Below are positions 1 to 10,310 of a DNA stretch of 64,000 nucleotides, in pieces (positions within the stretch are counted from its first letter, which is position 1; the number at the start of each line of letters is the position of its first letter). Location of the stretch: assembly GCA_019057815.1 (NCBI GenBank), contig JAHLWR010000012.1:32001-96000 (forward strand), written 5' to 3'. The notes beneath the pieces were generated by a model, which had not been told where the DNA came from, searched no databases, and saw only the letters and a list, made by a program, of their open reading frames with translations. Origin of the DNA: Candidatus Heimdallarchaeota archaeon (GTDB taxonomy: Archaea > Asgardarchaeota > Heimdallarchaeia > Heimdallarchaeales > Heimdallarchaeaceae). A program made the position numbers and the translations under genes.

Positions 1-1041
1 CCTTCATTAAAACTAAATGATCCAAAAGCTGCTTCTTTGGAACCTGTAGATATAGTCGACAAAGTTGAAGAAGCGATAGTTGCAGGTGAAGCGATAGATA
101 AAAAGATTCACGGTGTATCAGGTAATCTACTTCTTGCTGATGGTTTTGATTACTTTATCTCATCTTCAGGACACGAATTAATTTATCCTACGACAAATAT
201 AAGTACAACAATAAATATCGACGCTTTGGATCAAGGAGAAGAAAGTCGCTCAAACAGCACTTTTGGTTCAAGATTCCTCTCAAAGCTTGATATGGAAACT
301 GAATCAAAGGAAGTAGCAAAGAGAGCTGTACAAGGCTTAGGTGCTAAATCTATTGAACCACGAGAGTATGAAGTTATTCTTGATCATCAAGCAGTTGGGA
401 CTCTCTTATTTTTTGTTGGATATGCTACTTCATCACGTTTAGTTATCAATAGGGCAAGTTTTCTGACAGATAAAATAGGTCAACAAGTCTTTGATGAAAA
501 ATTCACTCTAATGAATGACCCTCATAATCCCGAGCACCTTGCATCTAGACCAATAGATGATGAAGGTCTTGCAACTCAACGATTTTCAGTATTTGAGGAT
601 GGTGTATTAAAGAATTACTCTTACTCACGTTTAGATGCTTCTAGAATGGGAGCTAAAGCTATGGGTACAGGATTCACTTTCATGGGTAATGCTATAGGTT
701 TTCCATTTGCTGAGACTATGAAAGCAGGAGATATAGCTAAAGAGCAGATGATCTCTGACATCAAAGACGGATTGTTGATAACTAATCTTCATTACACAAA
801 CTTCGTTAACCCTCCAGTTGGTTCAATAACAGGTATGTCTAAAGATGGTTTGTTTATAATAAAAGATGGAGAAATAGTTGGTTCTGCTAAAAATATGCGA
901 TTTACAGATGAAATTCCGAGAATCCTAAAAGAAATAGAAATTGGAAAAGAATTAAGGCAACCTGGCGGAATGATGGGTGGAAATATAGTTGCGCCTTTGA
1001 AAATAAAGAACTTCCGTTTCACAAGCCAAACTCAACACTAA
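1..1041 (+). CDS. TldD/PmbA family metalloprotease subunit (5' partial)
   Basis: Frame is open from base 1. PmbA-like C-terminal motifs IDDEG, EDGVLKNY and DGLFIIKDGEI...NMRF. Confidence 0.85.
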   Translation, partial: PSLKLNDPKAASLEPVDIVDKVEEAIVAGEAIDKKIHGVSGNLLLADGFDYFISSSGHELIYPTTNISTTINIDALDQGEESRSNSTFGSRFLSKLDMETESKEVAKRAVQGLGAKSIEPREYEVILDHQAVGTLLFFVGYATSSRLVINRASFLTDKIGQQVFDEKFTLMNDPHNPEHLASRPIDDEGLATQRFSVFEDGVLKNYSYSRLDASRMGAKAMGTGFTFMGNAIGFPFAETMKAGDIAKEQMISDIKDGLLITNLHYTNFVNPPVGSITGMSKDGLFIIKDGEIVGSAKNMRFTDEIPRILKEIEIGKELRQPGGMMGGNIVAPLKIKNFRFTSQTQH

Positions 1042-1204
1042 TTTTCTTTCTTTTGTTAATTTATAGCAACAAAGTCATGAATCCTTAATTATTTTTAATA
1101 TTCTTACTTTCTAATACCCATTGTTGCATTTTTTCTGATTCTATTTCTGAAAAAAGTATCAGTCCTTCAGACACAATCAACAAGACCCTATATAAACGCT
1201 AAAA

Positions 1205-2800
1205 ATGTTCAATAAAGCTTATTATAAGGATAAGATAGATTGTTTACTAATGACCTTAATCAATGAGACAGTTGTCATGGATTTTTATCTGAATCTTATA
1301 AAAGAAGACAAAATAAACTTCCTTATTGGAAAAGAAGAAGGAAAGAGACTAGTTATAGAAAAGATTTCCAATTTGGAAAAGAGTGAAGATATTCACGATA
1401 AAATACAGATTGCTAAAGATTTATGGAAGATACTTTTTGAAGTAGCAATGGAATATATAGATCCTGATAAGCAAGGTTATGACAATCTTTTTGCGTATTT
1501 TGATGAGTTTGTGAAGTTTGAAGAACTGATTTTCGCTTCAGACTCTTTTTACAGAGACCATACTCTTCACTCTCTCTGGGTGTATTTCCTAGGGGAGTAC
1601 TTTCACAAACGACCTGAATTTGACTATCTCTTCCAAAACCTCAATAGGCATCTGAAGGTTTCTGCTTTCATCTATCACTATTATCAACAATTAGAAGCTC
1701 CAAGTATTTTTGGAGAACTATGCAATTTGCTATCTAGAGTAGCAGAAGTTTTAGAATATGAAGACTCAACAAGATGTATTATAGCTCTTTGTCACGATCT
1801 AGGGTATCCTATTAAGAAAATAGCAAAGATTAACAAAGCTATGGGTAAGGTCCTTCCATATTTCTCTATCTCTAAATTTGGTGAATTTGATTTTCAATAT
1901 GAAACAGTTCAGCAGTTCTATATTGAAAACTTTCTAAACATTCTTTCTTTTGATATAAGCTTCGTCATAGAATATGGAGATTTCAGTTATGAAGAAAGGC
2001 AGTCAGTACAAAATTTAATTGATTTATTAAATAGCATCTCCGCTGATCTCTTCAATCTTCAAGATCCAAATGAAGAAGAGTTTCTAAAGCTGAAATCTTT
2101 GTTGAAGGAAACAACTGACAAGGAGAAAGATATCCTTCGAAGGATTTATACAATTAAAGGGTCTATGCCGAAAAATCTCTCAACCACTTTGAGATATTCT
2201 AATGATTTTGAGCATTATGCTCATGGAATTATGAGTTCATATCTTCTAATGAAGACTCTTAAATCTTTTTCAAATTTACCTATCACTTTTAGCAAGATTG
2301 ATGATATAGAGACAGATAACCTCAATATAGCCTCAGTAAATTCAAAGATGATTATTCTAAAGGCTATGGCAGATCATACTAGCCAAGAGTTTCAAATAGA
2401 AGATCTCACAAGAAATTCTGAAGTTCTAATTTTAATTGATGAGATAGAAGAATTTTCTAGAATTTCAAGAGCTGATCAATACAGACAGTTTGTTAATGAG
2501 TTTTGCAAAACAGATTTCGGTGTTAAAGATGGAGTGTTAAACATTGATTTCATTTTCGATGATGAAAATGTTGTAGGATTAGATCCTGAAATAACCTTCA
2601 AGGATAAATGCAGTAGATTTACAACAGTATTTAACACTAGGAACTTAGCAGAGCATCTTAAAATACGTTTTCGTAGTATTGGAAAATTGCCGCAAAACAA
2701 AAATGTCTACGAGCTTTTTATTGCAAGAGGAGAAGTAAAAATAAAAATTAATGATGAAGAAAAAGATTTAGCAGAGTATTTGAAAACCAAAGATGTTTAA
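1205..2800 (+). CDS. HD-domain-like metal-dependent phosphohydrolase
   Basis: Motifs RDHTLHS, ALCHDLGYP, HGIMSS and LILIDE. Start may be the ATG at 1250. Confidence 0.6.
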   Translation: MFNKAYYKDKIDCLLMTLINETVVMDFYLNLIKEDKINFLIGKEEGKRLVIEKISNLEKSEDIHDKIQIAKDLWKILFEVAMEYIDPDKQGYDNLFAYFDEFVKFEELIFASDSFYRDHTLHSLWVYFLGEYFHKRPEFDYLFQNLNRHLKVSAFIYHYYQQLEAPSIFGELCNLLSRVAEVLEYEDSTRCIIALCHDLGYPIKKIAKINKAMGKVLPYFSISKFGEFDFQYETVQQFYIENFLNILSFDISFVIEYGDFSYEERQSVQNLIDLLNSISADLFNLQDPNEEEFLKLKSLLKETTDKEKDILRRIYTIKGSMPKNLSTTLRYSNDFEHYAHGIMSSYLLMKTLKSFSNLPITFSKIDDIETDNLNIASVNSKMIILKAMADHTSQEFQIEDLTRNSEVLILIDEIEEFSRISRADQYRQFVNEFCKTDFGVKDGVLNIDFIFDDENVVGLDPEITFKDKCSRFTTVFNTRNLAEHLKIRFRSIGKLPQNKNVYELFIARGEVKIKINDEEKDLAEYLKTKDV

Positions 2801-2906
2801 AGCAAGGCATTATTTCTCCGTCTAATTGAAATACAGCTGTATCTGTTGATGTATAAGGACAACTTCGTTCTGAAAAAGCTTGTATAATTTCTGGGAGATA
2901 AAAATC
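2786..2906 (-). repeat. Diverged 121-bp copy of radical SAM gene segment 4398-4518
   Basis: Manual alignment gives about 18 mismatches and no indels. Reads FYLPEIIQAFSERSCPYTSTDTAVFQLDGEIMPCF versus LYLPEIIPTFSERSCPYVSTDTAIIRSDGEVMPCF. Confidence 0.9.
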
Positions 2907-3005
2907 ACTTATCATTTTTCTTTTCTTCTCTTTTCTTTTAGAAAATTTAAACCTCTTTTTTTAAATCAAATAAGTTGGTGCCATATTTCATTTTTTTGTA
3001 GTTAT

Positions 3006-3818
3006 CTATAGTCTTATGAACTTTTTACTGCCACAGTTTGTACACCCTATTGTTGAGCATTTAGAACAGGTGAATTTTCCACATTTTGAGCATTTTGAAC
3101 TTGCAGTGTTTCTACAATTCAAGCATTTTTTAGTGGTTAACTTAATTCGAATTTTATTCAATCCATATATAGCAGCAACAGATGCTCCCAAGCTTGCAAT
3201 AACTTTTAGTGCAGTTAGAAAACCTTTTCCTGCTGGTGAAGAATTAGTAGGGTCTTCTGTTTCTTCAACCATTAACTCTTCTATTTTCGCTTTCATAACA
3301 GGCCAAGTTTCTTCTGCACTAAAACCCACTCCACTCCAATAAATTTCTCTTTTTTGATCGATTATATAAAAAGAAGGAATAGATCCAGTTCCGTAAGCAT
3401 TATCTATTACGCCATCGGGATCTAAGCTGACTATCCAGTCCATTTCCGAATCCTGTCGAAATTGAGTTACTTGTGCTTGTGTTTCACTATTGTCTGTATC
3501 TATTGAAATAATTTGAAATAACTCACTCTGATACTTTAAGTGTAATTGTCTTAGATAGGGTAAAGCTACTGCACAAGGCGAACACCACGTTGCGAATAAA
3601 TCAAGAACAACTACCTTTCCAAGGAAACTACTAAGAGTATAAGAGATACCAGAATCAACATCTGTTACTGCAAAATTGGTTGCTACTTCTTTAAATATAT
3701 ACATCTCTGGGGTTAATATATTCTCTGTGAACGATTCTGTCTGTATTGAGTTGTATGAACTAAGAAATAATGGTAAGAGTATTACAATAAATAGAACGAA
3801 GGTTTCTTTCTTTACCAT
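3006..3818 (-). CDS. TlpA/redoxin family thioredoxin with TM helix and C-terminal Cys8 zinc finger
   Basis: Signal peptide, LDLFATWCSPC, GSIPSFYIID, a TM helix and four CxxC pairs. Confidence 0.8.
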   Translation of the reverse strand: MVKKETFVLFIVILLPLFLSSYNSIQTESFTENILTPEMYIFKEVATNFAVTDVDSGISYTLSSFLGKVVVLDLFATWCSPCAVALPYLRQLHLKYQSELFQIISIDTDNSETQAQVTQFRQDSEMDWIVSLDPDGVIDNAYGTGSIPSFYIIDQKREIYWSGVGFSAEETWPVMKAKIEELMVEETEDPTNSSPAGKGFLTALKVIASLGASVAAIYGLNKIRIKLTTKKCLNCRNTASSKCSKCGKFTCSKCSTIGCTNCGSKKFIRL

Positions 3819-3925
3819 AATTTAGGTAGATATTAGGTATTATTTCAATATTGCTTAAGAAAGAAGAGCAAGAGAACAAAAAAAATGGTTAAGAAAATTT
3901 ATGCATACATTTGTGTTATTTGATT

Positions 3926-4006
3926 CTCTATGCAACAGCAGGTTTAGCTGGAATAGGTATTGGAACATTCTACTTCTTTAAAGCACGTAAAATGAAAGTA
4001 GCTTAA
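3926..4006 (+). pseudogene. Orphan C-terminal membrane-anchor gene remnant
   Basis: Reads LYATAGLAGIGIGTFYFFKARKMKVA*, followed by a pyrimidine/T-rich terminator. No in-frame ATG. Confidence 0.5.
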
Positions 4007-4116
4007 TCCTTCCTCTTTTCTCCCTTTTTTTAATTTAAAGCAACAAAATAATCAAGTCAACTAATCATTCTGTATTAACCTGTTGATGTTGAAAAATAGC
4101 TTTATGGAAATTACTT

Positions 4117-5508
4117 CTACAACGGACATCTCGTTAAATTTAAGCTATAAGGGCATTCTGCACAGAAGGGTTCATTTCCCCAGCAATCTGAAGTATCTTC
4201 AATAACATAGAAACAGTTGCTACTAGAGAAAGAACAATTCCCACAGAAAGGAATGTTCTTGTTCATATCAACCATTTTGCTTCTAAATTGCTTATATCTC
4301 TTATCATTCCAAATTTCCATAAATGGTTTTTCATTAATATTTCCAAAAGAAAAAGATGACGATTCCCTTTTGTGTAAGCTTAGATGATAAGAATGATACC
4401 ATAGATATTTGAAGCAAGGCATCACTTCTCCATCTGAACGAATAATAGCTGTATCTGTAGATACATAAGGACAACTTCGTTCTGAAAAAGTTGGTATAAT
4501 TTCTGGGAGATAAAGATCCATACTATATTCTTTTGCAACTTTTTTACATCCCTTAAAGATTTCTCCTAGATTATGCAAAGAAGCGATTCTGCTTTTTTCA
4601 TTCATGTATAGAGGTATGTTTAAAAGAACGTTTTTTTCTTTAGCTCTTTTAAGTAATTCTTTATATTTGATAGTATAAGGTCTGTCTTTTGGTTTGATAT
4701 TCTCCTTTATCTTATATTGATTTTTGTATTCAATCTGCATTCTCTCTCCAAATTGCTCTTGAGTATATCCTAGAATGATATCCCAACCATCTTCACCTAT
4801 CTCTTCAAGAATGGGAAGTGCTTCCTTAGTAATCATAGTGTAAAGAATTTCATCTTTTAACTCATCAGTGTAAGGAAACAAATGACTTACGGAGACAAAA
4901 TCAACGCCTAATTCTCCAGAATTCTGAACTAATTTTATTAGCTGATTAGCATTTGATTTAAAAACTACAGTCTCTATACTAACTCTGAATTGATGCCTTA
5001 GAGGATGCTCTAGAAGATATTTTATATTATCTACAACATTTTTTTCATCTAAACTATGTCCGATTCTTGTTTCTTGGGAATGGAATAGTGTTTCACATGA
5101 AAAACCGATTTCATCAACTAACCTTTTATCCATGATTACATCTAGTGTTTTCTGATTCAGCAGAGACCCATTTGTAGTGATAAATATCTTAGCTTCCTCA
5201 GGCATATGAGCACGAGCTATTTCGAGAAGTTTGATAAATTGAGGATGCATCAAAGGCTCTCCCATTCCGTAGAGTACCAGTCTATTAATTTCACTAAAGA
5301 CTGCTTTAGCTAGGTTTTCAAAATTTTTCAAAGAAAAAAAAGTCCTTTCTTTATCCTTCCACATTGAATGTAAACACATTGAACAGGAGTAATTGCATGA
5401 ATTCGTAGGTTCAATTTGGATTATCTTAGGGAAGCTAGTCATTAATATCACAAGAATGTGAAAAGAGAATATATACCTTTTTGATTTACCAGAATATATG
5501 ATCATCAA
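4117..5508 (-). CDS. Radical SAM/SPASM protein, probable tungsten-oxidoreductase maturase
   Basis: CNYSCSMC motif, GMGEPLMHP and a Cys-rich SPASM tail (CGNC...C...DCWGNEPFCAECPY). Divergent from aor. Confidence 0.8.
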   Translation of the reverse strand: MMIIYSGKSKRYIFSFHILVILMTSFPKIIQIEPTNSCNYSCSMCLHSMWKDKERTFFSLKNFENLAKAVFSEINRLVLYGMGEPLMHPQFIKLLEIARAHMPEEAKIFITTNGSLLNQKTLDVIMDKRLVDEIGFSCETLFHSQETRIGHSLDEKNVVDNIKYLLEHPLRHQFRVSIETVVFKSNANQLIKLVQNSGELGVDFVSVSHLFPYTDELKDEILYTMITKEALPILEEIGEDGWDIILGYTQEQFGERMQIEYKNQYKIKENIKPKDRPYTIKYKELLKRAKEKNVLLNIPLYMNEKSRIASLHNLGEIFKGCKKVAKEYSMDLYLPEIIPTFSERSCPYVSTDTAIIRSDGEVMPCFKYLWYHSYHLSLHKRESSSFSFGNINEKPFMEIWNDKRYKQFRSKMVDMNKNIPFCGNCSFSSSNCFYVIEDTSDCWGNEPFCAECPYSLNLTRCPL

Positions 5509-5625
5509 AAATGAAGTAATTAGTTTATCAAATAAAAATAGCTCTTAATTACAGCTTGATTTGTAACAAACTTTTTATTTTTCAATGAAATTTATTAAAT
5601 AATACACAAAAAAAAAGTGATTATT

Positions 5626-7458
5626 ATGAATTTTGGATATATGAATAAATGGCTAAAAATTAATCTAACTACAAGGGAAATAAAAGATTTCACTATCCCT
5701 GAAGAAACTTTACGAAAATATCTTGGAGGAAAGGGAATCGCGGTCTATTTCCTGTGGAAACATGGTAAGAAGCTTGAAGAAAAAGGTATAGATTTGAAAG
5801 AATTGGATGCACTTTCACCAGAAAATATGCTTATCTTCGCAACAGGACCTGCTACTGGAACAAAATCACCAAACAGTGGTCGTCATCATGTTATGGCTCT
5901 AAAATCACCTTTTACAGGATCAATAGGTTCTGGAAATACTGGTGGAAAATGGGGTGCTAAGCTTAAATTTACTGGTTATGACGGTGTTATTATTACTGGA
6001 AAATCAGAGAAACAAGTCTATTTGTCAATAATAGATGGAAAAGCTGAGCTTCATGATGCTGAAAAAATATGGGGAAAGAACTCCGTTGAAACATCAGAAT
6101 GGTTACGAAACGAACATAATCAATCAAAAGCTGGTGTGTCTTGTATTGGACCAGGAGGAGAAAACCTTGTTCCAATGGCAGTAATAATGAACGAAGAGCA
6201 CAGAGCTGCAGGTCGAACAGGACTAGGGGCTGTTATGGGATCAAAGAATTTTAAAGCTATAATCGTCGAAGGAAATGAAAAACCAAAAATCGCTAAACCT
6301 GAAGAATTCGAAGCTAAAGTTAAAGAACATGTTGAGAAACTAAAAGAAAATGGCGTAACAGGTCAAGGATTACCAACATACGGTACAGCTGTTTTAGTTA
6401 ATATTGTTAACCAAAGTGGGCTATTTCCGACAAATAACTGGCAAAAAGGTGTTGACCCAGATGCTGAAAAAATTTCTGGTGAAACTTTGACAGAAAAGTA
6501 TTTGATTGGCAAGAATCCTTGTTGGGGATGCGTTGTTGCTTGTGGTCGAAAAACAAAAGTTGATTCTGGAAAATACAAGATTGATTATACTGAAGGACCA
6601 GAATACGAATCTATTTGGGCTCTTGGAGCTACAACAGGAATCAATGACATGGGTGCAGTTATCAAAGCGAATGATAATTGTGATATCTATGGTATTGATC
6701 CAATAAGCACTGGTTCTACAATCGCTGCAGCAATGGAACTCTATGAGAAAGGCAAAATCCCCGATGAAGATATTAAAGGACTGGATCTTAAATTTGGCAA
6801 TGCTGACGCAGTAGTTGAACTATCAAGGATGACAGCTTTCAGAGAAGGATTAGGATATTGGATTGGTGAAGGATCAAAGAAATTATGTGAACATTACGGA
6901 GCACCAGACTTATCTATGCAAGTTAAAGGTTTAGAAATGCCTGCCTATGATCCTCGTGGAGCAAAAGGAATCGGATTAAACTATGCAACAGCTAATAGAG
7001 GAGGTTGCCATGTGACAGGGTACACCATTGCAGCGGAAATATTAGGAGATGTTGATAGATTTACTACAGAGGGTAAAGCTGGTCTTACAATAACTTTCCA
7101 AGATTTCACATGCATTGTAAATTCAGCAGTAAATTGTCTATTCTTGACATTTGCACTAGGTTTAGATGAATATGCTGAGATTATCGGTCCAGTAACAGGA
7201 TGGGATGTAACAGCAGAAGAACTACTGAAAACAGGAGAACGAATTACAAACTTAGAACGAATGATTATTAACAAATTCGGTATAACTGGTAAAGATGATA
7301 CTTTACCAAAGAGACTACTAGAAGAGAAAATGCCTGAAGGACCTTCTGAAGGGCAAACAGTCGACTTAGAAACTATGAAGCAAGAATATTACAAACTTCG
7401 AGGATGGGTAGACGGAATACCTACAGCAGAAAAGATAAAAGAACTAGGTTTAGATTAA
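5626..7458 (+). CDS. aor: Tungsten aldehyde:ferredoxin oxidoreductase
   Basis: Motifs AAGRTGLGAVMGSKN, CWGCVVACGR, GPEYE, YDPRG and NRGGCH. Confidence 0.93.
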   Translation: MNFGYMNKWLKINLTTREIKDFTIPEETLRKYLGGKGIAVYFLWKHGKKLEEKGIDLKELDALSPENMLIFATGPATGTKSPNSGRHHVMALKSPFTGSIGSGNTGGKWGAKLKFTGYDGVIITGKSEKQVYLSIIDGKAELHDAEKIWGKNSVETSEWLRNEHNQSKAGVSCIGPGGENLVPMAVIMNEEHRAAGRTGLGAVMGSKNFKAIIVEGNEKPKIAKPEEFEAKVKEHVEKLKENGVTGQGLPTYGTAVLVNIVNQSGLFPTNNWQKGVDPDAEKISGETLTEKYLIGKNPCWGCVVACGRKTKVDSGKYKIDYTEGPEYESIWALGATTGINDMGAVIKANDNCDIYGIDPISTGSTIAAAMELYEKGKIPDEDIKGLDLKFGNADAVVELSRMTAFREGLGYWIGEGSKKLCEHYGAPDLSMQVKGLEMPAYDPRGAKGIGLNYATANRGGCHVTGYTIAAEILGDVDRFTTEGKAGLTITFQDFTCIVNSAVNCLFLTFALGLDEYAEIIGPVTGWDVTAEELLKTGERITNLERMIINKFGITGKDDTLPKRLLEEKMPEGPSEGQTVDLETMKQEYYKLRGWVDGIPTAEKIKELGLD

Positions 7459-7462
7459 AAAC

Positions 7463-7493
7463 TTTTTTCCTATTTTTTCTCTTTTTTTCTTCT
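7463..7493 (+). terminator. Oligo-T archaeal terminator after aor
   Basis: Several T runs directly after the stop codon. Confidence 0.5.
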
Positions 7494-7533
7494 TAATATA
7501 CATTAAATTAAAAACTAGGAATGAGAACGTAAA

Positions 7534-7779
7534 TTGATGAAACTATATGTTAAAGTATTTGCGTCTTTAAGACAAAAGTATCCTGATATTAATGATTTTA
7601 ATCCATTGATAATTGATATTGAAAAAGGCACTAAAATTATAGATATAATAGAACTACTAGATTTTACTACAGATGAAGTTCACTTAATTCTTCTTAATGG
7701 AATCAAAGCATCTATAGACACTTCGATTGAAGGGGATGAGAGTATCTTATCCCTCTTTCCACCAATCGGAGGAGGATAA
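7534..7779 (+). CDS. MoaD/ThiS ubiquitin-like sulfur carrier
   Basis: VKVFASLR at the N-terminus and FPPIGGG at the C-terminus. Adjacent to aor. Confidence 0.88.
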   Translation: MMKLYVKVFASLRQKYPDINDFNPLIIDIEKGTKIIDIIELLDFTTDEVHLILLNGIKASIDTSIEGDESILSLFPPIGGG

Positions 7780-7821
7780 TCAACTGATTACCCAAGTTTA
7801 TCCAATTTCCCTCTTTTTACT

Positions 7822-8649
7822 TTAAGTTTCAACAAGATACGTCAATGAAATTTTCTTTTTAATCATTTTCGAAAAGAACTTGACAAATAATCCTGAAAGA
7901 CCTTTTGTGAGTGTTCGTAAAAGAATTCTGTTTTTCAATCCAGGCACAAAAATAGTCTTATCTTTTTTCAAAGCTTTGAGTGATAACTCAGCAACTTTAT
8001 CTGCAGTCATCCACATTCGCTTTGGGATAGTTGCTCGCTTAAAACCTTTTAACTCTTCAGAATTGTAAAATCCTGTGTCTACATATCCTGGACATAAAAC
8101 TTGGATTTTAACACCTGTGTTTCTTAATTCAGCTTGTAAGGCTTCTGAAAAAGTAATTGTAAAAACCTTTGTTGCATTGTATACCACATTTCCGAGTAGA
8201 GGTATTAATGCACTCATTGAGGAGACATTGATAATGAATCCTTTCTTTCTTTCAACCATTTTCGGAATTGCTACACGACAGAGGGTGAAGCAAGCTGTTA
8301 TATGAACATTGATCATTTCTTGTTGTTTATCTAATTCATTTCGAGTAAAATGACCACTTAAACCAAATCCAGCATTATTAATCAAAATTTCGAGATTATC
8401 TATTTTTGATACATAATCTTTCAGATTGTTAAGTTCTGACTGATTTGAAAGGTTAACTACTCTTATTTCAACTTCTTGGAGATATTCGTTTGATAACTCC
8501 TTAGATAAATCTTCTAATTTCTCTTTGTCTTTGTCTATCAGAACAAGATCGTATCCTTGGGATGCCAGATGTTTGGCAAAAGCTCTACCAACACCACTAG
8601 CAGCTCCTGTTATTAGTGATTTAGGATGGTTACTCAAATCCATACACAT
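7822..8649 (-). CDS. SDR family oxidoreductase
   Basis: Motifs TGAASGVG, NNAG and YNATK. Confidence 0.92.
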   Translation of the reverse strand: MCMDLSNHPKSLITGAASGVGRAFAKHLASQGYDLVLIDKDKEKLEDLSKELSNEYLQEVEIRVVNLSNQSELNNLKDYVSKIDNLEILINNAGFGLSGHFTRNELDKQQEMINVHITACFTLCRVAIPKMVERKKGFIINVSSMSALIPLLGNVVYNATKVFTITFSEALQAELRNTGVKIQVLCPGYVDTGFYNSEELKGFKRATIPKRMWMTADKVAELSLKALKKDKTIFVPGLKNRILLRTLTKGLSGLFVKFFSKMIKKKISLTYLVET

Positions 8650-8880
8650 TGCCTTATTCTTTAGAAATATATCGTTATTTAAGGATTTTATCGTTGAATA
8701 AAATTTAAAATCATATTAATATAATATAATAAATGCAATAATGAAACTTTTCAATATGTTGAAAAATAAGTTATTTATATCATTCAGCTCCATAATTATT
8801 TACTACAACCCATTTTGTCACAAAATACTTATAATAGAAATTTATAACGCGATTAGAATAAATATATTAAGGTAAAATTC

Positions 8881-9171
8881 ATGGTTTTTGAATTAGAAGC
8901 AGAGGAGATTATCCAGTTATTTTTCTGCAGTTCTGTTTTTCTTATTATTCTATTCAAATATAAAGATATTAAGTCCTTTCCTTCTTTCAAAATCATTTTT
9001 TCATGTTACTGTTTTCTTGTACTTGGAGTGTTTTTTGATGTACTTGAATCTTATTTTTTTCCGGATATTTTTAACATAATTCAGCATATATCCTATGCTA
9101 TAATGAGTCTCTTATTTTTAATCTGGGCAATTACTGTTCTATTGATCACTAAAAAGGAGGATATGAAATGA
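8881..9171 (+). CDS. Small 3-TM membrane protein, probable kinase partner
   Basis: Hydrophobic. ATGA overlap with the kinase gene, and resembles the kinase TM region. Confidence 0.65.
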   Translation: MVFELEAEEIIQLFFCSSVFLIILFKYKDIKSFPSFKIIFSCYCFLVLGVFFDVLESYFFPDIFNIIQHISYAIMSLLFLIWAITVLLITKKEDMK

Positions 9172-10178
9172 ATATTTTTCTTTCAATTAATGATTTATTC
9201 TGCTTGATTGTAAATTTACTTACAATAACTCTTATATTGTGGAAATGGAAGAAATTTAAGTATCGAAGTGTTAAAATATTAATGATATTATACCTTGCTA
9301 TAGTAGTTTTCCATAATTTAAGCGATTTCTTGGAATATTTTGCAGATATCCGCGTTCTAACAGCTTATGAGGATTATGTCCAAATAGCTGAACCTTTATT
9401 GTGGGGTTTCTTCGTTTTTACTCTTTTACTAGAGCGAGTAAACAAGAATCTTATTGAAAGTAAAGAGATTATTGAAGAAAAAAGCAATTATACTGATTTA
9501 CTCCTAGATATTATTTCACATGATCTTGCAAATTACAATCAAGTTATTAATGGCTATTTAACAATTCTAATGGAAGAGGATATAGAAGATGAAATTATTT
9601 TAGGTTTAATTCACAAAATTAAAAAATCTGTTTTAAATTCAGATTTGCTTTTTGATAATATACGAATTCTTAGTAAGCTAGAAATGCAAAAAATAGAGCA
9701 GAAAAAAATAGATATAATACCCATTCTCAAATCAGCAGAAGAAAAAGTCCATTTGATATATCCGAGTGTAAATTTCAAAATAAAAAGGAATTTTGAAGGA
9801 AAGAACTATTATGTTCTTGGAAATGAAATATTCGAAAATGTTGCCATAAATCTGCTAACTAATGCGATAAGAAATAAGAAGAAGAATCAAGACAAAATCA
9901 TAGTTGAGGTTGAAATTAAACAAGAGGATGAAGAAACAGTTATATCACTTATGGATCATGGTAAAGGAATATTAGATGAACTTAAGCTTAAGATTTTTGA
10001 TCGTTTTACAGATACTTCTCAAAAAAGTAAAGGTAGAGGACTAGGTTTATCAATATCTAAACGTATTATTGAAGGTCTAGGGGGAAAAATCTGGGTAGAG
10101 AACAGACCAGACTCTTTGCATGATTACTCTTCTGGTTCTGTGTTTAAGATAGTACTCAAATCTGCACACTCTAATTAA
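9168..10178 (+). CDS. Membrane sensor histidine kinase
   Basis: H-box ISHDLAN, N-box NLLTNAIR, DHGKGI and GLGLSI. Confidence 0.92.
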   Translation: MNIFLSINDLFCLIVNLLTITLILWKWKKFKYRSVKILMILYLAIVVFHNLSDFLEYFADIRVLTAYEDYVQIAEPLLWGFFVFTLLLERVNKNLIESKEIIEEKSNYTDLLLDIISHDLANYNQVINGYLTILMEEDIEDEIILGLIHKIKKSVLNSDLLFDNIRILSKLEMQKIEQKKIDIIPILKSAEEKVHLIYPSVNFKIKRNFEGKNYYVLGNEIFENVAINLLTNAIRNKKKNQDKIIVEVEIKQEDEETVISLMDHGKGILDELKLKIFDRFTDTSQKSKGRGLGLSISKRIIEGLGGKIWVENRPDSLHDYSSGSVFKIVLKSAHSN

Positions 10179-10219
10179 GTTTGAAATATTCAAAAATAAA
10201 ACCGAAAAGGGTATTCAAC

Positions 10220-10309
10220 ATGGTTTCAGTAGTGATTGTTGATGACATTGCAGATTTTATACGAAACTTATTACAGAGATTATATGACAACATGCCAATA
10301 GGTAGTTAA
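10220..10309 (+). pseudogene. Truncated CheY-like response regulator
   Basis: MVSVVIVDDIADFIRNLL covers receiver beta1-alpha1 only, with a stop after 29 aa. Confidence 0.6.
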
Positions 10310-10310
10310 G

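Noticed and set aside
2786-4518. DGR template/variable repeat pair
   Set aside because: Mismatches involve all four bases rather than only adenines, and no reverse transcriptase is in the window.
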